Part shown: positions 1-7,585 of the stretch, one piece after another | How the letters are laid out: every line of letters begins with the position of its first letter | How positions within the stretch are numbered: position 1 is the stretch's first letter | IMG/VR virus record: IMGVR_UViG_3300045988_058353 | Reading direction: 5' to 3' (one strand) | From: a virus | Length of the DNA stretch: 43,817 nt | Translations under genes and position numbers: made by a program | Notes under the pieces: model-generated | Seen by the model: only the letters and a program-made list of their open reading frames with translations | What the model was told of the DNA's origin: nothing | Databases searched by the model: none

Positions 1-55
1 TAAATAAAAAGTGCTTGACAAAGCCATGACAATGATGTAAGATTATATCAACAAA
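1..55. repeat. Window-end redundancy: identical to 43763-43817. Indicates a circular or permuted assembly with a 43762-bp unit.
   Basis: TAAATAAAAAGTGCTTGACAAAGCCATGACAATGATGTAAGATTATATCAACAAA is present at both ends. Confidence 0.9.
15..43 (+). promoter_or_regulatory. Host sigma70-type early promoter P_B (same copy as 43777-43805)
   Basis: TTGACA (15-20), 17-nt spacer AAGCCATGACAATGATG, then TAAGAT (38-43). An A-rich tract lies upstream. The spacer contains a CATGACA operator-like half-site. Confidence 0.7.
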
Positions 56-76
56 ACACAAAGGGAGGAAAACATA

Positions 77-568
77 ATGGAATTTAGAGTATTTATCACA
101 AACTTAGGCAAGTATAACGAGGGTGAACTCGTAGGCAAGTGGCTTGACCTGCCGTGTGCAGACCTTGAAGCTGAACTCGCTGAAATCGGCGTTGCTCCTG
201 GTACTCAGTACGAGGAATACTTCATCACTGACTATGAAAATGAAGTAGGCTACGAGGTAGGCGAATATGAGAACGTGTGGGAACTGAATGAGCTGGCAGA
301 ACGCCTTGATGGTGTACGTGATGTTGACTGGCTGCTTGCTTACATGGATGTTACCGGTGAAGAACTTGACACAGCTATTGACAACTACGAGGAACGCAGC
401 AGCTTTTATCCTGGGCAGACCTTAGAAGATGTTGCCTATGATTTGGTAAATGATTGCTATAATCTGCCCGAAATCGCATTACGCTACTTTGACTATGAAG
501 CGTTCGCACGTGACCTGGGATATGATGGCTACACTGAAACAGATGACGGCGTAATTTGTGTTTGCTAG
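77..568 (+). CDS. ardA: ArdA-family antirestriction protein; occupies the position of T7 gene 0.3
   Basis: GGGAGG lies 8 nt upstream of the ATG. The N-terminus FITNLGKYNEGELVGKW matches the remembered ArdA N-terminal signature (Tn916 Orf18-type YIANLGKYNEGELVG). The protein is very acidic and is the first gene after the early promoters. Confidence 0.85.
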   Translation: MEFRVFITNLGKYNEGELVGKWLDLPCADLEAELAEIGVAPGTQYEEYFITDYENEVGYEVGEYENVWELNELAERLDGVRDVDWLLAYMDVTGEELDTAIDNYEERSSFYPGQTLEDVAYDLVNDCYNLPEIALRYFDYEAFARDLGYDGYTETDDGVICVC

Positions 569-578
569 TTTGTGTAAA

Positions 579-610
579 CTTGCAGGGCATGAAATATCGT
601 GCCTTGCAGG
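579..610 (+). promoter_or_regulatory. Conserved early-leader RNA hairpin, copy 1
   Basis: CTTGCAGGGCATG / loop AAATAT / CGTGCCTTGCAGG gives a 13-bp stem including G-U pairs, so it folds only as + strand RNA. It is paralogous to 1432-1465. Confidence 0.55.
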
Positions 611-657
611 AGCTACACAAAAAGCTCAGACCAACAAAAGAACTAGGAGGAATCAAC

Positions 658-1416
658 ATGACCAACAACTACAATTTGAAACCACAAAGCGAAATCAAGG
701 ACTTCTCAGACCGCATTATTGAACTTGAAGATTTGTACCGCCGTACCAATGACAAAATTTTCGCCGTACACGCAAAGAAAATCGAGTTGCCTGCATTTGT
801 TACTATCCAATCTAAAGACAAGCGCCGTGCGTATGGCTGGTGCTACATCGTACCGAACTGGGTAGCTAGTGACGGCGAAACACGCATGGCGTATGAAATC
901 AACATCGCTGCTGAAACCCTGGGTAGACCTCTTGAAGAAACCTACGTTACCTTAGTGCATGAAATGGTACACCTCTATAATTGTCAAGAGGGTATCAAGG
1001 ACACGGCAGCACGCTCAGACCGCCACAATAAAAAATTCGGTGCTAGGTGTGACCTTATCGGTCTTGCAAACAAAGCTGATGATTATTTGGGCTGGACTAC
1101 ACATTGCCCATGGTCTGAATCAAGTGAAGAACTTCATGAACTTCTTGAAACCTACAAGCAAGAGGGTAGACCGGAACTGTTGCAAGTGAACCGCATGGAC
1201 GAAAAAGGTGTCATCTGGAAACCTGGCAAGGGTGAAAATGGTGGCAATGGTGAAGAGGGTGCAGGTGGTGAAACTAAACCGAAAAAGAAAAAGTCTAATC
1301 AAATCAAGTATGTATGCCCTCATTGTGGTGCGTCAGTCAGAGCTACAAGAAAAGTCAATGTAATGTGTGCTGACTGTGTGGAAATGATGCTGCCAGAGAA
1401 CCAGGACGAAGATTAA
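658..1416 (+). CDS. SprT-like zinc metallopeptidase domain protein with C-terminal zinc ribbon
   Basis: The ATG is preceded by TAGGAGGAATCAAC. It has an HExxH motif (TLVHEMVHLYN), a Gly/Lys-rich linker, and a C-terminal CPHCG...CADC ribbon. The track start at 556 was rejected because it runs through the intergenic hairpin and has no SD. Confidence 0.55.
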   Translation: MTNNYNLKPQSEIKDFSDRIIELEDLYRRTNDKIFAVHAKKIELPAFVTIQSKDKRRAYGWCYIVPNWVASDGETRMAYEINIAAETLGRPLEETYVTLVHEMVHLYNCQEGIKDTAARSDRHNKKFGARCDLIGLANKADDYLGWTTHCPWSESSEELHELLETYKQEGRPELLQVNRMDEKGVIWKPGKGENGGNGEEGAGGETKPKKKKSNQIKYVCPHCGASVRATRKVNVMCADCVEMMLPENQDED

Positions 1417-1431
1417 TAAACATTGTGTTAG

Positions 1432-1465
1432 CTTGCAGGGTACTACAAAGCTAGTGCCTTGCAGG
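1432..1465 (+). promoter_or_regulatory. Conserved early-leader RNA hairpin, copy 2
   Basis: CTTGCAGGGTACTA / loop CAAAGC / TAGTGCCTTGCAGG. The stem base is the same as copy 1, and the stem top shows compensatory changes. Confidence 0.55.
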
Positions 1466-1489
1466 GTGGACACAATAGGACACTAAAAG

Positions 1490-1507
1490 TTGAGTATTAA
1501 TACTCAA
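1490..1507. repeat. 18-bp palindrome TTGAGTATTAATACTCAA, copy 1 of 8
   Basis: Perfect palindrome, intergenic. Confidence 0.9.
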
Positions 1508-1531
1508 TAAGATAACAAGGAGGAATAAAAG

Positions 1532-1903
1532 GTGTTGTTTGAAATGTACGAAACATACCACGAAAAGGTTAGTCCCGATACTTACAAAGGTTCTTTAATT
1601 ACAAATTGTGATGACCTTATCCATGCTATCGAGGATGCAGCAGGTTATGAAATGGCTGATTTGGTGGTGAAGTATCTGAACAAGGTGGAACGCCAGGCAC
1701 AAGAAAAGATTGATGCAAAAATGGAAGAAGCAGAGCATGATGCAACAGAGGCAGAAGAAGCTAAATATGCTTTACATGAAATGGAACGTGCTTTATATGA
1801 TGTAGCGTGTGATTTTGGTGACATTCTTGCAAGAGAGCGCCTTAATCGTGACAAGTTGCACAAAGTCTTTAGAAAATTAATGGATATTTACTGGAAGCGT
1901 TAA
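1532..1903 (+). CDS. Hypothetical acidic early protein
   Basis: GTG start 8 nt after AAGGAGG. No family recognised. Confidence 0.55.
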   Translation: MLFEMYETYHEKVSPDTYKGSLITNCDDLIHAIEDAAGYEMADLVVKYLNKVERQAQEKIDAKMEEAEHDATEAEEAKYALHEMERALYDVACDFGDILARERLNRDKLHKVFRKLMDIYWKR

Positions 1904-1909
1904 ATGTAA

Positions 1910-1927
1910 TTGAGTATTAATACTCGA
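1910..1927. repeat. 18-bp palindrome, copy 2 (TTGAGTATTAATACTCGA, one mismatch)
   Basis: Lies immediately after the stop of the 1532-1903 ORF and is followed by TTTTC. Confidence 0.85.
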
Positions 1928-1932
1928 TTTTC

Positions 1933-1956
1933 TAACTGACACACGTATAGGAGAAC
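1933..1956 (+). promoter_or_regulatory. Phage-RNAP promoter, variant copy, upstream of the antirepressor and RNAP genes
   Basis: TAACTGACACACGTATAGGAGAAC. It shares ACTGACACACG-ATAG with the other copies, and its 3' half resembles T7 CACTATAGGGAGA. It is embedded in a 7-bp inverted repeat, ACACACG (1939-1945) / CGTGTGT (1961-1967). Confidence 0.6.
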
Positions 1957-2029
1957 AAAGCGTGTGTGATACATAAATAAAGTTGCACACGTTGAGTTCT
2001 CTAAATAAAAATCCTTAGGAGGAAACAAA

Positions 2030-2764
2030 ATGGAAAACAAGCAAGTACAAGTATTTAACAATGTGGAGTTCGGTGACGTTCGTGTCATCATGCAGGGTGA
2101 ACAGCCGTGGTTCGTGGGCAAGGATGTGGCTAGTGCGCTGGGTTATGGTGACACAGCGCAAGCTATCAGAAAGCGTGTTGAGAATGAAGATAAAGAGGTT
2201 GTCGAATTGACCACCCCCGGAGGAAAACAGAGAGCTATTATCATCAACGAATCTGGTTTGTATTCTTTCATTCTGTCCAGCAAGCTCCCTAGTGCTAAAC
2301 AGTTCAAACATTGGGTAACATCTGAAATTCTCCCGACGATTCGCCAACATGGTGCATATTTAACGCCGGAGAAAGTCGAAGAAGTGTTGATGAATCCAGA
2401 TACAATCATCAAGCTGGCTACTCAATTAAAGGCAGAACGTGAAGGACGTATCAAGGCAGAAACAGCATTAAAAGCAGCTACACCGAAAGTAGAATACTAT
2501 GATGAATATATGAATCGTGAAGAAACCTTTACTGTGACTTTCGTGGCGAACACATTGGCAATGGGACAACATCAGCTCTATAAGAAACTTAGAGAAATCG
2601 GATGGCTGTGCAAGCCTTATGGATGTTCACACCAAGTAACAGAAGATGCTCCCGAGGATGTGTTTAAAATCGTGCCTGTATTACATACTGGTGGCGGTAA
2701 AGGCTCTCAAATCCGTGTGACTGCCAAAGGTATGAAGAAGATTCAATCCTTGTTTGACAAATAG
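2030..2764 (+). CDS. Bro-N / KilAC-type phage antirepressor
   Basis: AGGAGG SD. The N-terminal region is Bro-N-like (VFNNVEFGDVRVI...PWFVGKDVASALGY...ESGLYSFILSSKLPSAKQFKHWVTSEILPTIRQHGAY). The C-terminal half is KilAC/antirepressor-like. Confidence 0.75.
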   Translation: MENKQVQVFNNVEFGDVRVIMQGEQPWFVGKDVASALGYGDTAQAIRKRVENEDKEVVELTTPGGKQRAIIINESGLYSFILSSKLPSAKQFKHWVTSEILPTIRQHGAYLTPEKVEEVLMNPDTIIKLATQLKAEREGRIKAETALKAATPKVEYYDEYMNREETFTVTFVANTLAMGQHQLYKKLREIGWLCKPYGCSHQVTEDAPEDVFKIVPVLHTGGGKGSQIRVTAKGMKKIQSLFDK

Positions 2765-2782
2765 CGAACAGTAGTTTATACT
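2754..2782 (+). promoter_or_regulatory. Near-consensus sigma70 promoter directly upstream of the RNAP gene
   Basis: TTGACA (2754-2759), 17-nt spacer, TATACT (2777-2782). The -35 element lies in the last codons of the antirepressor gene. Confidence 0.6.
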
Positions 2783-2800
2783 AATGTTCACAATAACAAA

Positions 2801-2849
2801 CAGCCTTTTGCTTTAAAAATCCCTTTAGCAAGGGGCTGTATTTCTTATA
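2801..2849 (+). terminator. Terminator/attenuator-like hairpin in the RNAP leader
   Basis: CAGCCTTTTGCT (2801-2812) pairs with AGCAAGGGGCTG (2827-2838): 12 bp including two G-U pairs, with a 14-nt loop, followed by TATTTCTTATA. It sits between the sigma70 promoter and the RNAP SD. Confidence 0.45.
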
Positions 2850-2873
2850 CCCAAAATCAAGGAGGAAACACAA

Positions 2874-5432
2874 ATGTACAACCTGGAAGAATATGAAAAC
2901 CAATATGGCAAAATGTTTGTTCGTCAGCTTGAAATCGAAGAAGGTTACAAGCAGCTTGCAGCAGAAGCAACTAGCAAGACATATGAGAACGTAGAAAATT
3001 CTACGATGCAAGATGACGTTGCAAGCCAGACCAAGGCAGGACAGAAGTTCATTGCTGCTCAATGGGCACACGTCAACAACGCTATGACGCTGTTTGTGAA
3101 TAGCTGCTTGCAACCTAAAAAGGGTTCTAAAGCAAGCTATGTGCTGTTGGTGCAGGAAATTGAAAAGGTTTGTGGTAAAGAAAACATGGTTAACCTGTTC
3201 ACTCTGACCACGTTTACAACGCTGCTGAATGGTGTGTTGAAGAAAAAGACATCTCGTAGCACATTTGCCAAGAATATCAGTGATGAACTCTATTATGAAA
3301 TTAGCTTGCAAGCCTTTTTGAGTCAATCTGACTTTGCAGAAGTCATCAAAGAGGGTATCAAAAAGCGTGTGGGTATCTCCTATAAACGTGCCTATGTACG
3401 TGCTTGCATGGAACAAGGACAATATACCTACCATGAGTGGGACAAGGAACAACGCTTGACGCTGGCTACATCCTTAATGGAAGTTGTGTTAGCAGCAAGT
3501 AACTACTTTGAAACCACATCTGTGAACGGACTTACCGAGATTATCCCTAGTCAATTCCTTATTGACCAATGGCAGACCAAAACACAATGGCTCATTGATA
3601 ACAGCTACAAGTTCTGCCCCTGTGTGATTCCACCAAGAGAGTGGCAGAGTGTAACCGAGGGTGGATATTATGGCGAACTTGCCAATCAGACCAAGTTGCT
3701 GCGCTTGCGTGATAATCGTGATGTGTTCGCTAAACACTACTTTGCAAAGCTGGCTCAATTAGAACTTACTGATGTTCGCAAGGCTGTGAACGCTGTGCAG
3801 AACACACCCTGGAAGATAAACACAAGAGTCCTGGACGTTCTGAAACACGTGGTTGATATGGGTGGCGATATGGCAGGTATTCCGGCTGTGTATGAAGCAA
3901 CTAAACCCGAGGTGTTACCAGAGAACCCCACGGAAGAACAATTAAAAGTCTATAAAAAGCGTATGGTAGGCTTTTATAAACTTGAAACACGTAGAAAGTC
4001 TATCCTGCTGCGTATCTTATCACACCTCAGAACCGCTGAGAAGTTCGCTAAATACCCAAGAATATATTTTCCTTGTAACATGGATTTTCGTGGCAGAATT
4101 TATCCTGTTCCTGTGTTCTCGTTTCAAGGTGATGATGTCAACAAGTCGCTGATTGAGTTCGCAGATGCTCCAGCTTGTCAAGATGAAAACTGTTGGGACT
4201 GGTTGTTAATCGAAGGTGCAAACCTCGCAGGAGTTGACAAGGTGAGCTACGATGACCGCAAGGCGTGGGTAGCAGAGAACGAAGCACAAATCATGGCTGT
4301 TGTCAATAATCCTAAAGGTGAATTATGGTGGGCAAACCAAGATTCCCCATGTCAATTCTTAGCGTGGTGCTTTGAATATGCACGTGCGAAAGAGTGGAAG
4401 AACACACATAATGATTCCATAGTAGGTTTTGTGTGTGGCTTGAATATCGCTTTTGACGGAACGTGCTCTGGCTTGCAGCATTTTTCAGCGATACTGCGTG
4501 ACCCTGTAGGTGGTCAAGCTGTTAACCTTATTCCTGGTGATAAACCTAGCGATATTTATGGTATCGTAGCTGAAAAGGTTAACAAGGTGCTTGAAAAAGA
4601 TATGCTGAGCGGAACACAAGATGAAGAAGCTACCGACAAGCAAGGCAGAACGTACACCAAGCACGGAACACGTAGCTTGTCAAGCATTTGGTTAGCTTTT
4701 GGCGTGACTCGTAAAGTAACCAAGCGTAGCGTAATGACTCTTGCATATGGCTCTAAAGAGTACGGATTCCGTGACCAGATTTTAGAGGACACAATCAAAC
4801 CCGATGTAAACTTGAATGGTGAGAAGTCTGTGTTTGCAGGATGTGACTTTCAAGCAGCAGGTTATCTTGCTAAGCTCATTTGGGAAGCGGTAGGAACTAC
4901 TGTAATTGCTGCTGTTGAGGGCATGAAGTGGTTACAGACCTGTGCAAGAAAAGTAACCAAACATGACCAGGTTGTGTCCTGGACTACACCTATGGGACTG
5001 CCTGTGCAGCAAGCCTACATGAAGCAGGAAGTGCAAACCATCTTCACTCGCTGTGCAGGTAAGCAGATTCGCTTGTATAGTGCAGAGAATACCGGAGTAA
5101 TCGACAACAGAAGTCAAGCGTCTGGTATTGCTCCTAACTTTATTCATAGCATGGATGCAGCACATTTACAGTTGACAATTTGTAATTGTTATGATATGGG
5201 GATTCGTCATTATGCTATGATTCACGATTCCTATGGTGCGCCATTAGCACAAGCACAACTCATGTATGATACAGTACGTGAGAGCTTTATTCAGATGTAT
5301 ACTGATAACGATGTATTTCAGAATTTTCTGGATGATATGGAACTTCTTGCTGACGAGAAATTACCGAAGATTCCGAAAAAAGGAACACTTGATATTAATG
5401 TTGTTAGAGATTCGAAGTACATTTTCTGTTAA
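2874..5432 (+). CDS. T7-like single-subunit DNA-dependent RNA polymerase
   Basis: 852 aa with GGAGG SD. Motifs DFRGRIYP, FDGTCSGLQHFSAILRD, MTLAYGS, IAPNFIHSMDAAH and MIHDSYG are co-linear with T7 gp1. Confidence 0.95.
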   Translation: MYNLEEYENQYGKMFVRQLEIEEGYKQLAAEATSKTYENVENSTMQDDVASQTKAGQKFIAAQWAHVNNAMTLFVNSCLQPKKGSKASYVLLVQEIEKVCGKENMVNLFTLTTFTTLLNGVLKKKTSRSTFAKNISDELYYEISLQAFLSQSDFAEVIKEGIKKRVGISYKRAYVRACMEQGQYTYHEWDKEQRLTLATSLMEVVLAASNYFETTSVNGLTEIIPSQFLIDQWQTKTQWLIDNSYKFCPCVIPPREWQSVTEGGYYGELANQTKLLRLRDNRDVFAKHYFAKLAQLELTDVRKAVNAVQNTPWKINTRVLDVLKHVVDMGGDMAGIPAVYEATKPEVLPENPTEEQLKVYKKRMVGFYKLETRRKSILLRILSHLRTAEKFAKYPRIYFPCNMDFRGRIYPVPVFSFQGDDVNKSLIEFADAPACQDENCWDWLLIEGANLAGVDKVSYDDRKAWVAENEAQIMAVVNNPKGELWWANQDSPCQFLAWCFEYARAKEWKNTHNDSIVGFVCGLNIAFDGTCSGLQHFSAILRDPVGGQAVNLIPGDKPSDIYGIVAEKVNKVLEKDMLSGTQDEEATDKQGRTYTKHGTRSLSSIWLAFGVTRKVTKRSVMTLAYGSKEYGFRDQILEDTIKPDVNLNGEKSVFAGCDFQAAGYLAKLIWEAVGTTVIAAVEGMKWLQTCARKVTKHDQVVSWTTPMGLPVQQAYMKQEVQTIFTRCAGKQIRLYSAENTGVIDNRSQASGIAPNFIHSMDAAHLQLTICNCYDMGIRHYAMIHDSYGAPLAQAQLMYDTVRESFIQMYTDNDVFQNFLDDMELLADEKLPKIPKKGTLDINVVRDSKYIFC

Positions 5433-5449
5433 CAAATGTCCACTGTATG

Positions 5450-5475
5450 TAACTGACACACGGATAGAAGAAAGA
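5450..5475 (+). promoter_or_regulatory. Phage-RNAP promoter, consensus copy
   Basis: TAACTGACACACGGATAGAAGAAAGA, 18 nt after the RNAP stop. Confidence 0.75.
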
Positions 5476-5576
5476 GAACAATATGTTAACCATAAGATAC
5501 CTATAAGTTAATCTTTTATTGTGTTAATAAAGATAATAACTATAAGTAATCTATAAGTTATCATATTGTTCTCTTT
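5471..5576. repeat. AT-rich element: 15-bp perfect inverted repeat flanking CTATAAGT(T/A)A direct repeats. Candidate origin or RNA-processing hairpin.
   Basis: AAAGAGAACAATATG (5471-5485) pairs with CATATTGTTCTCTTT (5562-5576). Inside are CCATAAGATA, CTATAAGTTA, CTATAAGTAA, CTATAAGTTA and the core TTATTGTGTTAAT. It is paralogous to 19114-19184. Confidence 0.7.
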
Positions 5577-5612
5577 ATGTATTAATCAAAAAGAACTTAG
5601 GAGGATGACAAA

Positions 5613-6599
5613 ATGGATTTAAAAGTCGGTGAAACTTACGTAATGAAAAAAGCAGAAACTAGCTCTGATGGTGGTATCACTTATCTGAAAAAGGGTACTC
5701 ATGTACGCCTGGTGTCTATTGGCAGCAGCCGTGTACTTGTCCAAGACCTTTCTGACGATGCTTTGACGGATGGTATCTGGTCGACGTATGTTGACAACCT
5801 GGTATCACAGGAAGAATATGATGCTCTTGAAGCTGCCGGTGGCGAACCAGAACCTATTCAACTCGAAGAAGGTTCTATCTACGTTATGAAGTATGACGAA
5901 ATTAGTGGGGACGGCAGACGTGTATACCTCAAAAGGGGTGCTCGTGTACGTGTAGAATCTTTTGGTACTTTGAGTGTACTTGTACAAGACCTTTCAGAGG
6001 ATATGGTTGATGATGGTATCTGGATGACCTCTGTGGGTGCTCTGATGCCCTTAGAGGACGCTTTAGAGGTTGGTGCGACTTATTATATGGGCAAGCCAGA
6101 AACTAACACCAGAGGCGACGTTACGTTCCTTAGAAAGGGTGCTATTGTACGTCTGGAAGTATGGGGTAAAGACAGAGTAGTTGTCAAAGATTTGACTGAT
6201 ACAAAAACAGGTGATGGTGTATGGTACACTAATCCGGAATATCTGGTGCCTATTGACAAGCCGGAAGGTAGCATTTCTCGTGAAGAAGCAGAAGCCTCTG
6301 ATAAAAACAGATGCTGTGTCAAAGAAGAAGAGAACAAGTCTATTGCGCCTATCGTACCTCTGGAAGATGTGGTTGTAGTCAAGAATAAACATTATGTATC
6401 TGACCATCAACCGATTGAAACGATGCAAGCAAACATGACCAATGAAGAATTTATCGGATTCCTTAAAGGTAACATTATTAAATATGCGTGCCGTTGCGGT
6501 AAAAAAGATGAGCCGTTGAAGGAAGCTGAGAAGATTAAACAGTACGCTGAGTGGCTTTGTGTTGTCCTCTCTGGTGGCACGATTGACCCTCGTAGCTAA
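5613..6599 (+). CDS. Three tandem ~70-aa repeats fused to a DUF3310-like C-terminal domain
   Basis: AGGAGG SD. Repeats are VGETYVMKK...GTHVRLV...VLVQDLSDD..DGIW, then EGSIYVMKY...GARVRVE...VLVQDLSED..DGIW, then VGATYYMGK...GAIVRLE...VVVKDLTDT..DGVW. The C-terminus FIGFLKGNIIKYACRCGKKD...AEKIKQYAEWL resembles DUF3310. Confidence 0.6.
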   Translation: MDLKVGETYVMKKAETSSDGGITYLKKGTHVRLVSIGSSRVLVQDLSDDALTDGIWSTYVDNLVSQEEYDALEAAGGEPEPIQLEEGSIYVMKYDEISGDGRRVYLKRGARVRVESFGTLSVLVQDLSEDMVDDGIWMTSVGALMPLEDALEVGATYYMGKPETNTRGDVTFLRKGAIVRLEVWGKDRVVVKDLTDTKTGDGVWYTNPEYLVPIDKPEGSISREEAEASDKNRCCVKEEENKSIAPIVPLEDVVVVKNKHYVSDHQPIETMQANMTNEEFIGFLKGNIIKYACRCGKKDEPLKEAEKIKQYAEWLCVVLSGGTIDPRS

Positions 6600-6622
6600 C
6601 TGACACACGGATAGAAGAAAGG
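6597..6622 (+). promoter_or_regulatory. Phage-RNAP promoter, consensus copy
   Basis: TAACTGACACACGGATAGAAGAAAGG. Its TAA is the stop of the upstream gene, and its 3' AAAGGAG serves as the SD for dut. Confidence 0.75.
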
Positions 6623-6635
6623 AGTGCATTAAGAT

Positions 6636-7091
6636 ATGCCAAGAAAAACAACAAGTACAACTTTGAAAATGGGTGTTAAGCTCGTAAATGATTTTGCGAA
6701 GCTCCCACAGAAGGCAAGCGAAGCTGCTGCCTGCTATGACATTGTGTTACCAGATGATGTGTACATTGCTCCACACACAACTAAACTTGTAGGTACAGGT
6801 TTGGTGTTTGATATTCCACAAGGTTATCGTGTGGATGTGTTCCTGCGTAGCTCTGTTGCTGCGAAAACTATGGTACGCCTGGCGAACGCTGTTGGCAAGA
6901 TTGACTGTGACTACACAGGTGAAATCAAGCTGTTGTTGGAGAACACAGGTGGCGTTCCTGTAAGATTCTACCAGGGTGAGCGTGTTGCACAATTTGAAAT
7001 CAATAAGGTTACTGATGTTTCCTTAGAAGAAGTTGATGATGTAAAAGTTACTGAACGTGCTGACGGAGGTTTCGGAAGCACAGGTAAATAA
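6636..7091 (+). CDS. dut: dUTP pyrophosphatase (trimeric dUTPase)
   Basis: Motifs GKIDCDYTGE and C-terminal RADGGFGSTGK. The start could alternatively be the ATG encoding MGVKL 10 codons downstream. Confidence 0.9.
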   Translation: MPRKTTSTTLKMGVKLVNDFAKLPQKASEAAACYDIVLPDDVYIAPHTTKLVGTGLVFDIPQGYRVDVFLRSSVAAKTMVRLANAVGKIDCDYTGEIKLLLENTGGVPVRFYQGERVAQFEINKVTDVSLEEVDDVKVTERADGGFGSTGK

Positions 7092-7109
7092 TCGAGTATT
7101 AATACTCAA
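7092..7109. repeat. 18-bp palindrome, copy 3 (TCGAGTATTAATACTCAA)
   Basis: Lies directly after the dut stop and is followed by TTTG. Confidence 0.85.
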
Positions 7110-7129
7110 TTTGAAATGGAGGAAAACAA

Positions 7130-7564
7130 ATGACAAAATTTAAGTATGGCGATAGAGTTCGCTGCGTGAAGGATGACACCAACGATAGGGTTGTGGGTAA
7201 AGTAGGAACAGTCATTGATTTTCATAGCAAAGAAGTTGTTGGCGTGACTTTTGATGAAGATGTTAATGGACACAGTATGAGTGGTAGAACTTATATAGGT
7301 CATGGCTGGTATCTTAAAGAAAGCGAATTAGAGCTTGTAGATGCAAGTGATACAAAAGTTATCATCACCATTAAAGATAAGACCACTACGGCTAAAATGA
7401 TGGTAGGCAAACACTGTGTTGTAAAAGCGGTTGCTAAATGTTCCCCTAACGATACACTTGACCCTCTGGTTGGCGCACAGATTGCCTTGCAACGCCTTGT
7501 TGAGCAACGTGGCTCTAAATTTGTAGTTAACTCTAAGATGTTTAATGATGTTGAAGTGATTTAA
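7130..7564 (+). CDS. Hypothetical protein
   Basis: GGAGG SD. No confident family assignment. Confidence 0.55.
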   Translation: MTKFKYGDRVRCVKDDTNDRVVGKVGTVIDFHSKEVVGVTFDEDVNGHSMSGRTYIGHGWYLKESELELVDASDTKVIITIKDKTTTAKMMVGKHCVVKAVAKCSPNDTLDPLVGAQIALQRLVEQRGSKFVVNSKMFNDVEVI

Positions 7565-7585
7565 GAAAAGGAGAATGAAACAATA

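Noticed and set aside
556-657. Upstream extension of the SprT-like ORF (track start 556), and the TTG start of nrdD at 11280
   Set aside because: Both extensions run through conserved intergenic structures (a hairpin and a palindrome) and lack SDs. Downstream ATGs have good SDs.
2781-3452. 223-aa minus-strand ORF, plus similar long antisense ORFs at 6063-6629, 12333-12839, 39139-39720, 40508-40897 and 34865-35257
   Set aside because: All lie antisense to well-supported genes (RNAP, DUF3310 protein, NrdD, terminase, lipoprotein, fiber). They lack SDs and recognisable motifs, so they are typical shadow ORFs.
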